Assembly (NCBI GenBank): GCA_030390025.1
Contig: CM059431.1
Span: forward strand, 136,960,001 to 137,024,000
Reading direction: 5' to 3'
Origin: Squalus acanthias
Lineage: Eukaryota
DNA: 64,000 nucleotides
Under the pieces are notes generated by a model. That model searched no databases and had not been told where the DNA came from. It was given only the letters and a program-made list of their open reading frames with translations. The position numbers and the translations under genes were made by a program. Positions 12,205 through 25,112 of this stretch are shown here, piece by piece (the stretch's first letter is position 1; each line of letters opens with the position of its first letter).

Positions 12205-12840
12205 CTTATAGACTTGTTAAGATTGAAGCCCATGGAATTGAGGGGCAAGTGGCTGCACGGATATGGATCGGCTCAGTGAATAGAACAGGGGCTGCACGGA
12301 TATGGAATCGGCTCAGTGAATGGAAGCAGGGGCTGCACGGATGGATGCTTTTTTCAGAAAGGGAGGCAGTTTGCAGTGGTGTTCCCCAAGGGTCGGTTTT
12401 GGGTCCTTTACTTTTGTCGCTTTTTATAAACGACATAGACTCGGCTGAAGGATACAGCATTATAAAGTTTACAGATGATACGAAACTTCGCAAAGTAGTA
12501 GATGATGCTGAGGATAGTTATTGGCTTCAGGATGGTGAAATGGGCAGAAGCACAGCAGATGGATTTCAATGCGGTGATGTGTGAACAGATTCACTTTGGA
12601 AGGGCTAATATGAAAATATGGTGCACTTTAAATGGAACGTTCTTGGTATCGATATAAACAAATCATTAACGGAGGCAAGGCAAGTGGATAAGCTGATTAG
12701 AAAAGCATTTGGGTTACTAAATGGTGAATTTATAGGGTTACGGACGAAAAGTGGGGTTGTGGGAGTAAACATGATCGCTCTTCCAGAGCCTGACCAGCAG
12801 CATGGCCGCCTTCTGCTGTAAATTTCTGTTATTATATGTA
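12205..12840 (+). mobile_element. Old CR1 RT/3' fragment
   Basis: SGVPQGSVLGPLL...FINDI...KFTDDTKL; small internal ~40-bp tandem duplication at 12251-12345. Confidence 0.8.
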
Positions 12841-12939
12841 TGTTTGATTACTGATATGGGAGGGAATTGTCCTGTCAAGGAGCTCTCTCTTAACAAAATG
12901 TGCATTAATGTACCAAAATACAGAGCCCATTAGCCAACA

Positions 12940-13480
12940 GAGTTACATAGAAATTACAGCATAGAAACAAGCCATTTGGCCCAAATGGGCCATGCACATG
13001 TTTATGCTGCTCATTTAAATCGCTGAGACATTGGGAATTTAAAACGAAAAAACAGCCATTCAGCCAAACTGGTCCATGCCAGCGTCCAAACCAATCGCAC
13101 CCATCGCACCCTACCAACATATCCCTTCATTTATCTCTTTCTTAATACCTATCCAGCCTCCCCACAGATATATCTACGCTTTGCGCCTCAACCACTCCAT
13201 GTGGCAGTGTATTTCACATTCTCATCGCTGCTTGTGTAAATAATTGTACCGAAATTCCTTGCTGAATTTAAATTGATCGAATCATTGACAACAATAACGA
13301 TAACGTATTTATATCGCGCCTTTAACGTAGTAAAACGTCCCAAGGCTCTTCACAGGATTATTGTAAGATAAAAAATTTGACAAGTGGAAATATCTTCTCT
13401 ACATCTGCCCCGTCAAACACTCTCATAATGTTAAAGATCTCTTTCAGGTCATCTGTCTGACTTTGTAGAGAAAATAACAC
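12940..13480 (-). mobile_element. Degenerate CR1 3' ends with nested L2/SINE tail (~13289-13385)
   Basis: ACATAGAAATTACAGCATAGAAACAAGCCATTTGGCCC tail; TATTTATATCGCGCCTTT...CGTCCCAAGGCTCTTCACA. Confidence 0.55.
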
Positions 13481-13499
13481 ATTCACTGGTGTTCTCCCC

Positions 13500-16400
13500 C
13501 AAGCCCCACATTACCTTGTGCCATCCCCAATTCACTCATTTACTGGTGCCCTCCCCCAATTCCCCATTTACTGGTGACATCCACAATTCCCCCACTTACA
13601 AATCGCCTCCCAGAATTTCCCCAATTGTTGATACCTTCTCACAATTCCCCCACTTTCGGTTGACCTCACACATTTCCCCATTTGCTGGTGCCCTCAGCAA
13701 TTCCCCATTTACATACCCTCCCCTAATTTCTTCATTAAATGATGCCCTCTGGATTGTCTCATTTACTGGTGCGCTGTCGCAAATTCACCATTTACTGGTG
13801 CCCTCTCCTATTCCCCCATTTACTGGTGCCTTGCCCTATTCCCCTATTTACTGGTGCCTTCCCCTATTCCCCCAGTTACCAATGCATTACCCTATTCCAC
13901 CATTTACTGGTGCCTTACCCTATTCCCCCATTTACTGGTGCCTTGCCCTATTCCCCTATTTACTGGTGCCTTCCCCTTTTCCCCCAGTTAACAGTGCCTT
14001 ACCCTATTCCCCCATTAACTGGTGCCTTACCCTATTCCCCCATTTACTGGTGCCTTAACCTATTCCCCCAGTTACCATTGCCTTACCCTATTCCCCCATT
14101 TACTGGTGCCTTCCACTATTCCCCCAGTTACTGGTGCCTTACCCTATTTCCCCATTAACTGGTGCCTTCCTCTATTCCCCCAGTTACCAGTGCCTTACCC
14201 TATTCCCCCAGTTACTGGTGCCTTACCCTCTTCCCACATTTACTGGTGCCTTCCCCTGTTCCCCCAGTTACCAGTGCCTTACCCTATTCCCCAATTTACT
14301 GGTGCCTTGCCCTATTCTGCCAGTTACCAGTGCCTTACCCTATTCCCCCAGTTACTGGTACCTTACCCTATTCCCCCATTTACTGGTGCCTTACGCTATT
14401 CCCCCAGTTACCAGTGCCTTACCCTATTCCCCCATTTACTGGTGCCTTACCCTATTCCCCCATTTACTGGTGCCTTACCCTATTCCCCCATTTACTGGTG
14501 CCTTCCCCTATTCCCCCATTTACTGGTGCCTTCCCCTATTCCCTCATTTACTGGTGCCTTCCAGTATTTCCCCATTTATTGGTGCCTTCCCCTATTCCCC
14601 CATTTACTGGTGCCTTCCCCTATTCCCCCATTTACTGGTGCCTTAGCCTATTCCCCCATGTACCAGTGCCTTACCCTATTCCCCCAGTTACCAGTGCCTT
14701 ACCCTATTCCCCCATTTACTGGTGCCTTACCCTATTCCCCCATTTACTGGTGACTTCCCCTATTCCCCCATTTACTGGTGCCTTACCCTATAACCCCAGT
14801 TACCAGTGCCTTACCCTATTCCCCCATTTACTGGTGCCTTACCCTATTCCCCCATTTACTGGTGCCTTACCCTATTCCCCCATTTACTGGTGCCTTACCC
14901 TATTCCCACATTTACTGGTCACTTACCATATTTCCCCATTCACTGGTGCCTTACACTACTCCTCCAGTTACCATTGCCTTACCCTATTCCCCCAGTTACC
15001 AGTGCCTTAACCTATTCTCCCAGTTACCAGTGCCTTACCCTATTCCCCCGTTTACTGGTGCCTTCCCCTATTCCCCCAGTTACCAGGGTCTTACACTATT
15101 CCCCCATTTACTGGTGCCTTACCCTATTCCACCATTTACGGATGCCTTCCCCTATTCCTCCATTTACTGGTGCCTTCCCCTATTCCCGTGTTTACTGGTG
15201 CCTTCCCCTGTTCCGCCATTTACTGGTGCCTTCCGCTATTCCCCCATTTACTGATGCCTTTCCCTTTCCCCCATTTAATGGTGCATTCCCCTATTCCCCC
15301 AGTTACCAGTGCCTTCCCCCAGTCCCTCATTTACAGGTGCCTTCCCCTATTCCTCCATTTACTGGGGCCCTCCCAAATTCCCCCAGTTACCAGTGCCTTC
15401 CCCTATTCCCCCATTTATTGCTGCCTTCCCCATTTCCCCCCATTTAGCAGTGCCTTCCTCTATTCCCCCAGTTAACAGTGCCTTCCCCTATTCCCCTATA
15501 TACTGGTGCCTTCCCCTATTCCCGTGTTTACTGGTGCCTTCCCCTGTTCCGCCATTTACTGGTGCCTTGCCCTATTCCCCTATTTACTGGTGCCTTCCCC
15601 TATTCCCCCAGTTACCAATGCCTTACCCTATTCCACCATTTACTGGTGCCTTACCCTATTCCCGCATTTACTGGTGCCTTGCCCTATTCCCCTATTTACT
15701 GGTGCCTTCCCCTTTTCCCCCAGTTAACAGTGCCTTACCCTATTCCCCCATTAACTGGTGCCTTACCCTATTCCCCCATTTACTGGTGCCTTAACCTATT
15801 CCCCCAGTTACCATTGCCTTACCCTATTCCCCCATTTACTGGTGCCTTCCACTATTCCCCCAGTTACTGGTGCCTTACCCTATTTCCCCATTAACTGGTG
15901 CCTTCCTCTATTCCCCCAGTTACCAGTGCCTTACCCTATTCCCCCAGTTACTGGTGCCTTACCCTCTTCCCACATTTACTGGTGCCTTACCCTGTTCCCC
16001 CAGTTACCAGTGCCTTACCCTATTCCCCAATTTACTGGTGCCTTGCCCTATTCTGCCAGTTACCAGTGCCTTACCCAATCCCCCAGTTACTGGTACCTTA
16101 CCCTATTCCCCCATTTACTGGTGCCTTACGCTATTCCCCCAGTTACCAGTGCCTTACCCTATTCCCCCATTTACTGGTGCCTTACCCTATTCCCTCATTT
16201 ACTGGTGCCTTCCCCTATTCCCCCATTTACTGGTGCCTTCCCCTATTCCCCCATTTACTGGTGCCTTCCCCTATTCCCTCATTTACTGGTGCCTTCCAGT
16301 ATTTCCCCATTTATTGGTGCCTTCCCCTATTCCCCCATTTACTGGTGCCTTCCCCTATTCCCCCATTTACTGGTGCCTTAGCCTATTCCCCCATGTACCA

Positions 16401-17596
16401 GTGCCTTACCCTATTCCCCCAGTTACCAGTGCCTTACCCTATTCCGCCATTTACTGGCGCCTTACCCTATTCCCCCATTTACTGGTGACTTCCCCTATTC
16501 CCCCATTTACTGGTGCCTTACCCTATAACCCCAGTTACCAGTGCCTTACCCTATTCCCCCATTTACTGGTGCCTTACCCTATTCCCCCATTTACTGGTGC
16601 CTTACCCTATTCCCCCATTTACTGGTGCCTTACCCTATTCCCACATTTACTGGTCACTTACCCTATTTCCCCATTCACTGGTGCCTTACACTACTCCTCC
16701 AGTTACCATTGCCTTACCCTATTCCCCCAGTTACCAGTGCCTTAACCTATTCTCCCAGTTACCAGTGCCTTACCCTATTCCCCCGTTTACTGGTGCCTTC
16801 CCCTATTCCCCCAGTTACCAGGGTCTTACACTATTCCCCCATTTACTGGTGCCTTACCCTATTCCACCATTTACGGATGCCTTCCCCTATTCCTCCATTT
16901 ACTGGTGCCTTCCCCTATTCCCGTGTTTACTGGTGCCTTCCCCTGTTCCGCCATTTACTGGTGCCTTCCGCTATTCCCCCATTTACTGATGCCTTTCCCT
17001 TTCCCCCATTTAATGGTGCATTCCCCTATTCCCCCAGTTACCAGTGCCTTCCCCCAGTCCCTCATTTACAGGTGCCTTCCCCTATTCCTCCATTTACTGG
17101 GGCCCTCCCCAATTCCCCCAGTTACCAGTGCCTTCCCCTATTCCCCCATTTATTGCTGCCTTCCCCATTTCCCCCCATTTAGCAGTGCCTTCCTCTATTC
17201 CCCCAGTTAACAGTGCCTTCCCCTATTCCCCTATATACTGGTGACTTCCCCTATTTCCCCATTTACTGGTGCCTAACTCTAATCCCCCAGTTACAGGTGC
17301 CTCCCTCTATTTCCCCATTTACTGGGGCACTCCCCTATTCCCCCATTTACTGGTGCCTTCCCCTATTCCCCCATTTACTGGAGCCTTCCACTATTCCCCC
17401 ATTTACTGGTGCCTTCCCCTATTCCCCCATTTACTGGTGCCGTCCCCTATTCTGCCATTTACTGTTGCCTTCCCCTATTCCCTCATTTACTGGTGCCTTC
17501 CCCTATTCCCCCATTTATTGGTGCCTTCCCCTATTCCCCCATTTACTGGTGCCTTCCCCTATTCCCCCATTTACTGGTGCCTTCCACCAATTCCCC
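13500..17596 (+). repeat. 28-bp minisatellite (TTTACTGGTGCCTTACCCTATTCCCCCA)
   Basis: Tandem repeats; contains an internal ~1.74-kb higher-order duplication. Confidence 0.95.
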
Positions 17597-19267
17597 TTTT
17601 TTTATTCGTTCATGGGATGTGGGCGTCGCTGGGACGGCCAGCATTTATTGTCCATCACTAATTGCCCTTGAGAAGTTGTTGGTTAGCCGTCTTCTTGAAC
17701 CACTGCAGTCCGTGTGATGAAGATACTCCCACAGTGCTGTAAGGTAGGGAGTTCTCGGATTTTGTCCCAGCGACGATGAAGGAGCGGCGATATACTTCCA
17801 AGTCAGGATGTTGTGTGACTTGGAAGGGAACTTGGAGGTAGTGGTGACCCATGCGCCTGCTGCCCTTGTCCTTCTAGGTGGTATGGTTCACTGGTTTTGG
17901 AGGCGCTGCCGAAGAAGCCTTGGCGAGTTGCTGCAGTGCATCTTGTAGATGGTACACACTGCAGCCACGCTGCGCCAGTGGTGGAGGGAGTGAAAGTTTA
18001 AGCTCGTGGATGCGTTGTCAATTAAGCGGGCTGCTTCGTCCTGGATGGTGTCGAGCTTCTTGAGTGTTGTTGGAGCTGCACTCATCCAAGCAAGTGGAGA
18101 GTATTCCATCACACTCCTTAGTTGTGCCTTGTAGATGGTGGAAAAGGCTTTGGAGAGTCAGGAGGTGAGACACTCGCAGCAGAATTTCTAGCCTCTGACC
18201 TGCTCTTGTTCCCACAGTATATATGACCACCAGGATGTTGATGGTGAGGGAATCGGCGATGGTAATGCCGTTGAATGTCAAGTGGCAGTGGTTAGATTCG
18301 CGCTTGTTGGAGATTGTCATTGACTGGCACTTGTGTGGCGCGAATGTTACCTGCCACTCATCAGCTCAAGCCTGAACGTCGTCCAGGTCTTGTTGCATAC
18401 GGGCATGGACTGCTTCATTATCTGAGGAGTTGCGAATGGCACTGAATACTGTGTAGTCATCAACAAACATCCCCACTTTTGACCTTATGTTGGAGGGAAG
18501 GTCATCGATGAAGCAGCTGAAGATGGTTGGTTCTAGGAATCTGCACTGAGGAACACCTGCAGCGATGTCCCGGGGCTGTGATGATTGACTTCCACCAGCT
18601 GCAATCATCTTCCTTTGTGCGAGGTATGACTCCAGTCAGTGGAGAGTTTTCCCCCTGATTCCCATTGACTTCAGTTTTACCAGGGCTCCTTGATGCCACA
18701 CTCTGTCAAATGCTGCCTTGATGTCAAGGTCAGTCACTCTCACCTCACCTCTAGAATTCAACTACTTTGTCCATGTTTGGATTAAGGCTGTAATGAGGTC
18801 GGGAGCAGAGTGGTCTTGGCGGAAGCCAAACTGGGCATCAGTGAGGAGGTTATTGGTGAGTAAGTGCCGCTTGATAGCACTGTCGATGAAACCTTCCATC
18901 ACTTTGCTGATGATTGAGAGTAGACTGATTGGGTGGTAATTGTCCGGATAGGATTTGTCTTGCTTCTTTGTACAGGACATACCTGGGCAGTTTTCCACAT
19001 TGTCAGATAAATGCCAGGGTGGTAGGTGTACTGGAACAGCTTGACTAGAGGCGTGGTTAGTTCTGGAGCACAAGTCTTCAGCACGATAGCCGGGATGTTG
19101 TCGGGGCCCATAGACTTTGCTGTATCTAGCGCGCTCAATCGTTTCTTGATGTCACGTGGAGTGAATCGAATTGGCTGAAAATTGGCTTCTGTGATGGTGG
19201 TGACCTCAGAAGGGGGCCAATATCAATCATCCACTAGGCACTTCTGGCTGAAGATGGTTGCAAACGC
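17597..19267 (-). mobile_element. 5'-truncated non-LTR LINE (CR1/L2-superfamily RT) with poly(A) end, inserted in the minisatellite
   Basis: GPDNIP, YHPISLLSIISKVME, QFGFRQ, GVPQ, FVDD, MEYSPLAW; T7 at 17597-17603. Confidence 0.88.
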
Positions 19268-19710
19268 AATTTACTGGTGCCCTCACCTAATTCCCATTTT
19301 AATGGTGCCCTCCTTCAAATCTCCTTTTACTGGTGCCCTCATTCAATTGCCCATTTACAGGTGCCCTCCTTCAAATCCCGTTTTACTGGTGCCCTCGTTC
19401 AAATCCCCTTTTACTGGGGCCCTCCTTCAATTGCCCATTTACTGGTGCCCTCCTTCAAATTCCCTTTTACTGGTGCCCTCCTTCAAATCCCCTTTTACTG
19501 GTGCCCTCCTTCAAATCACCTTTTACTGGTGCCCTCCTTCAATTCCCCATTTACTGGTCCCCTCCTTCAATTCCCCATTTACTGGTCCCCTCCCCCAATT
19601 CCCCATTTACTAGTGCCCTTCCCCAAATCCCCGTTTATAGGTGCCTTTCCCGCAATTCCCAATTTAATTGGGCCCTCAATCAGTACCCCATTTACTGCTG
19701 CCCCTTCCTG
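19268..19710 (+). repeat. 29-bp minisatellite variant (TTACTGGTGCCCTCCTTCAAATCCCCTTT)
   Basis: Tandem repeats continuing the array after the LINE. Confidence 0.9.
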
Positions 19711-19757
19711 TAGTTACACGAGGGAGAGAACTATACCCTAACCTAGTAACAGTCGAC

Positions 19758-19817
<60 letters not shown>

Positions 19818-19818
19818 G
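19758..19818 (+). repeat. (GA)n microsatellite plus G run
   Basis: Direct reading. Confidence 0.95.
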
Positions 19819-19929
19819 ATTACAGAACACCCTAGCAACAGCCAGTGTTCACGCTTGAAGTCAGGCCTTGGGATGTTGATAGTGGTGCCATATTTTAAAC
19901 ATAACACCATATACAATAGTTTAATAGTT

Positions 19930-21850
19930 TCTCACCATTTAAAAATAATCTGTTTATCTAATCTTCCTAATAAAGTGAGTAACCTCACATTTATTCACGT
20001 TATACTCGATCTGCCAGCTTATTGGCCATTCACCTAACCTGTCAATATGCACTAGCGAGATCTTTTTGCCCTCCTCACAGCTTCCTTTCCCACCTAGCTC
20101 TGTATCGTCACAAAATTGAATACATTGTACTCGTTCCCTTTATCTAAGTCATTAATACAGATTGTTAATAGCTGAGGCCCCAACACTGATCGCTGCGGCA
20201 CGCCACTAGTTACATCCTGTCAACCAGAAAATGACCCATTTATCCATACTCTGTTTTTTGACCATTAACCAATCCTCTGTCCAAGCTAATATATTCATCC
20301 AAACCCCACTAGCCCTTCGCTTGCGTAGCAATCTTTTATGTGGCACCTTATCGAATGCCTTTTGCAAATTGAAATTTAATACATCCACTAGTTCCCCATT
20401 ATCTACCCTGCGTGTTACATCCTCAGAAAACTCTGATAAATTAGGTAAACACGATTTCCCTTTCATAAAACCATGCTGACTCTGCCGAATCATGTTATGG
20501 CTTTCTAAGTGCCCTGATACTATTTCCTTAACAATGAATTCCAGCATTTTTCCGACGACTGATGTCAGACTAACTGGCCTCTAGTTTTACCTGTTTTTTT
20601 TCTCCCTCCTTTCTTGAACAGCGGTGTTATATTTGCTACCTTCCAATCGGCTGGGACAGTTCTAGAATCTAGGGAATGTTGCAAGATCAAAGCCAATGCA
20701 TCCGCTATCTCTGCAGCCAAATCTTTTAGACCCCTAGGTCCAGGGGATTTGTTGGCTTTTAGTCCCATTACTTTCTCAAATACTTTTCCTGTACTGATAA
20801 TAATTATGTTAAGTTCCTCAATCTTATTAGTACCTTGGTTCCCCACTATTTCTGGTGTGCTTTTTGTGTTTTCTACTGTGAAGACAGATGCAATATATTT
20901 GTTTTAAGTCCCTGACAGTTTCTTATTCCCTATTATAATTTCACCTGTCTCAGCATCTTAAGGACCAATGTTTACTTTTACTACTCTTTTCCTTTTTTCA
21001 ATCTATTTTTATATTTCTTGGTAGTTTACTGTCATATTCTATTTTCTCCCTCTTTATCAATCTTTTGGTGTTCCACTTCTGGGTTCTAAAGCTCTCCCAA
21101 TCCTCAGGCTTACTATTATTCTTTGCAGCATAACCTCTTCTTTTAATCTGATACTTTCCTTAACTTCTTTAGTTAGCCACTGATGGATCACTTTTCACGT
21201 GGAGTTTTTATTTCAAAATTAAATGTATATTAGTTGGCAATTTTGGAATATTTCTTTAAATGTATGCCACTGCTTATCTACCTTCATACCATTTAATCTA
21301 ATTTCCCAATCTACGTTAGCTAACTCGTCCCTCATACCTATGTTATTGGCGTTATTTAAGTTTAAGACTCTCGTTTTCGACTGAAGTATTTCACTCTCAA
21401 ACTCAATGTAAACTTTTACCATGTTATGTTCACTCTTCCCAGCGGATCCTTTATAATGATATTACTAATTAACTCTGTCTCATTACACAATACAAAATCT
21501 AAAATTGCTTGTTCGCTGGTTGGTTCAATGACATATTGCTCTCGGAAACTGACTCGAATGCATTCCATTAACTCCTCCTCTATACTACCTTTGACAATTT
21601 GATTTGTCCAGTCCATAAGATGACTAAAGTCCCCCTTGATTATTGTATTACCTTTGTTGCAAGCTCCTGTTATTTGCGGATTTAATACTCTGTCCAACGT
21701 TATAGCTACTGTTTGGGGACCTATAAACTGATCCCACCGTTTTTTTCTGCCATTTGTTATATCTTAGTTCCACTATACTGATTCCACTTCCGAATTTAAT
21801 GAGCCAGGATCCTTTCCCACTATTTTCCTTATGTCATCCTTTACTATCAG
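19930..21850 (-). mobile_element. Decayed CR1 ORF2 (endonuclease and RT) fragment
   Basis: IKGDF, AILDFVLCNE, KSPGP, QHGFMKGKSCL, KAFDKVPH. Confidence 0.88.
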
Positions 21851-21857
21851 GGCAATC

Positions 21858-22290
21858 CCCTGCTTGTCCATTCCCTCCATGGCCTCACCCCTCCCGATTA
21901 CTATAACCTCTTCCAGCCCTACAACCCTCCAGGATCTCTGCTTTCCTCCAATCCGGCAGCAGAGTTTTGGTTCAGCTCAAGTTTACATAGGGGGGAAGAT
22001 GGTAGGCCAGCCAGGAGAGTATTGGAGTAGTCAATTGAGGATGTAACAAAGGCATGAATGAGGGTTTCAGTAGCAGGTGGGCTGTGGCAGGAGCAGAGAC
22101 AGTCGATGTTATGGAGGTAGAAGTAGGGGTTCATGTTGATGAAGAATAAATGGAGTCGGAAGCTCAGTTCTGGATCAAATAGGACGCCGAGCTTGCACAT
22201 CGTCTAGTTCAGCCTCGGACCATGGCTGGGGAGAGGGATGGAGTCAATGGCTAGGGAATATAAATTGTGGCGGGGAATGAAGTCAATTGG
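21858..22290. mobile_element. L2-like LINE fragments in opposite orientations (+ 21858-21960; - 21960-22290)
   Basis: LGVLFDPELSF...ETLIHAFVTSSIDYSN on minus; CTCCATGGCCTCACCCCTCCC...CCCTACAACCCTCC on plus. Confidence 0.65.
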
Positions 22291-22344
22291 CTGTATTTTA
22301 CGAACTTCGGCGGCTCCGTGGCGGGCGACATCGGTACCTCTCTC

Positions 22345-22957
22345 ACCAGGCACTCTTTAAAATGTTGCCATTAAGTGTATATTGCCTCTCCCTGTTCCTT
22401 CTGCCAAAATGCATCACCTCACACTTCACTGTATTAAACTCCATCTGCCACTTGTCTGCACATTCTGCTAGCCTTTCTATGTCCTGTTGCAGTCGATTGG
22501 TATCATCATCACTGTTTGTCACACCCCCAATTTGTTGTCATCAACAAATTCAGAAATTCTACTCTGTATTCCAACATCCAGGTCATTTACATATATCAAT
22601 GGAAGCAGTGTCCCTAGCACTGACCCTTGGGGAACACCATTGTCTACCATTCTCCGGTCTGAAAAACAGCCATTTATCACAACTCGCTGTTTTCTGTCCT
22701 TAAGCCAATTCCTTATCCAAGCTGCTACTGAGCCATCTATTTCATGAGCCTCAATTTTGTTAACAAGCCTGCTATGTGGTACTTTGTCAAACGCCTTTCT
22801 AAAATCCCTGTAGACAACAACCATTGCATTCTCTTCATCAATTCTCCCTATTAATTCATCAAAAAATTCAAATCGATTAGTTAAACATATTCCGCCTTTT
22901 ACAAATCCGTGTTGGCTCTCCTTAATTAGCTTAAACCTCTCCAAGTGCCCGTTAATA
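22345..22957 (-). mobile_element. CR1 RT fragment
   Basis: SQHGFVKGG..., DFRKAFDKVPH, GVPQGSVLG, FVDDNKLG. Confidence 0.85.
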
Positions 22958-23899
22958 GAAAAAGTGATTTCTTCAGGACTGATATCAGGAGAATAATCAA
23001 CACTTAGAATGGACTCCAGGCAGAGTGATGATGACGAAAGCCCTGGAATGATGTAGGAAACAACTGGATGAAGCAATGCGTTGAAGATGTAGCGTTAAAG
23101 CTCTCTAGATTAATTTGTCCATGACCATAACAAACCACTCCGGGTACAGGTATATTGTGTATAAGTACAACCGGTTTATTGAGTACTTTACATCCAGTAC
23201 AAAGAAGTAATACTGAACAAGATGATAGTGGCAGTCTGTTCCTCGAAACCCCGGCGTGCACTCCGGATGCTGTGGCGTGGTCTCATTTGACTCTTGCTGT
23301 GTTCTGTTGACTGAAGCTTCTCGCAATCGGGTTTCACACTGCTTTTGGTGTTCAATATCTACTCTTTTTACCATTTTCTTCCGTTTTGCCTACGTGTCAG
23401 TTACTAATTGTAACCCCCTCAATGTCCAACTTGTGACCTTATTGAACATCCCCCCAATACCAAGCTTAACCTTAGCTGCGAAGTTTATTTCCCACAATGT
23501 CCTTCAGATGTTGTTACTTTAAACATTTCTAGAGATCTTCACCTGTTCTGCAGTTTCTGGAGATATAGAATGGTTACTGTCTCTGGCGCATATCTTTCTT
23601 CACAACATTACTTCTTTGCTTCTCAGCCGTTCGCCATTTTATACAGGCTTCAGGTTTTTAACACACATTGTCACATATTACAGTTATTTAACATTGGTTA
23701 AACAATGTTTACTAAATCCTGCAGGTACGCTCTATCTTAAAAAGACCACGGTTTTATGGAGGGCTGAATTGAATTGGACTGAATGGCCTTCCTAACGGTG
23801 ATCTTGTGATCAGTGCAGGTTGGTGAGAAAAATGAGTCCTCCCCAGTCTCCATCATTACCTACCTTAATGACTGTCTGCAAACTGAATAAGACTGTGAC

Positions 23900-24120
23900 G
23901 TCAATCATCCTGTCCAATATTTATCCCTCAATCAACATACCAAAAACAAGCATATTATCGGTCATTATCACGTTGCTGTTTGTGGGAGCTTGCTGTGCGC
24001 AAATTGGCTGGCGCCAATCTTATATTACAACAGTGATTTACAAAAGCACTTCAGTGACTGTAAAGCGAGTTGGGACGTCCGGTGGTGAAAGGCGCCTTAT
24101 AAATGCAAGTCTTTCTTTTA
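23900..24120 (+). mobile_element. DeuSINE 3' part (second copy)
   Basis: CCAATATTTATCCCTCAATCAACA...GGTCATTATCAC...GTGAAAGGCGCCTTATAAATGCAAGTCTTTCTTT. Confidence 0.7.
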
Positions 24121-24342
24121 TCAGTGAGATGCAAGTCCAGAGCCGGTTGAAGATTGAATTAAAAGTTCAGCAACACTTCCGCACAGAAAGTATTGCTCGT
24201 TGAGGTGTCTTCAATCCGGAATATTTGCAATCACACTGTTCCCGAAGCACTCAAGATTCACGGGAATTGGATTGAGAACATGTTTTCCATATTACCAACG
24301 ATTTCAACCTCCATTCAAGGTCAAAAAGCGAGGCCAAATTAA

Positions 24343-24432
24343 GAGCTCAGCCGGGATTTGAAACCGGGACCTTTCACATAGTTCATACTACAGAGACCCG
24401 GAATAAGAATTCCACCCCTACTTCAACGAGCC
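24343..24432 (-). pseudogene. tRNA-Pro(CGG) pseudogene with 18-nt intron
   Basis: GGCTCGTTGAAGTAGGGGTGGAATTCTTATTCCGGG[TCTCTGTAGTATGAACTA]TGTGAAAGGTCCCGGTTTCAAATCCCGGCTGAGCTC. Confidence 0.75.
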
Positions 24433-24589
24433 GATGGTAGAAGAAGGGCCACTTAAAGCGTTTCCATCATCAAAACATGGCTTGGCCGTTCTTGATAACC
24501 AGAGCACTTGAGACCGAGACAGCTCTGACTTTGCCTTCTCTGCCTGTCTTCTAAAGCGTCGCACTGCTCCATTCAGTCAGTTAATGAGC

Positions 24590-25110
24590 TGCAAACCGTC
24601 CAGTTTTTACTGGTCCCACCTCCCCTGGAACCGTTTCCAATGTTACAGGAATTTGAATCCCTCCCCAAGGCTTCATTCCTCTAGCCACGTATTCATCTGA
24701 AATACCCTTCTATTTCTATTCTGACTAGCACGTACCACTGGTAGCAATCATGAGATTACTACCTTTGAGGTGCATTTTTTTAATTTACCTCCGACCTCCC
24801 CATATTCAGCTTTTAGGACCTCATCCCGGTTTTTACCTATATCGTTGGTACCTATATGCTCCACGACAACTGGCTGTTCACCCTCCCCCTCCAGAATGCC
24901 CTGCAGCCGCTCCGAGACATCCTTGACCCTTGCACCAGGGAGGCAACATATCATCCTGGAGTCTCGTTTGTGGCCGCAGAAACGCCTATCTATTCCTCTT
25001 ATAATAGAATCCCCTATCACGACAGCACTCCTGCTCTTTTTCCTCCCGTCCTGTGCAGCAGAACCACCCATGGTGCCAGGAAGTTGGCTGCTGCTGCTTT
25101 CCCCGATAAG
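24590..25110 (-). mobile_element. CR1 ORF1 (SGNH esterase) fragment
   Basis: VIGDSIIRG...CLPGARVKD...HIGTND. Confidence 0.85.
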
Positions 25111-25112
25111 CC

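Noticed and set aside
10546..19741. Long Pro-rich ORFs over the 28/29-bp arrays
   Set aside because: They are open in all three frames because of the repeat; no gene structure.
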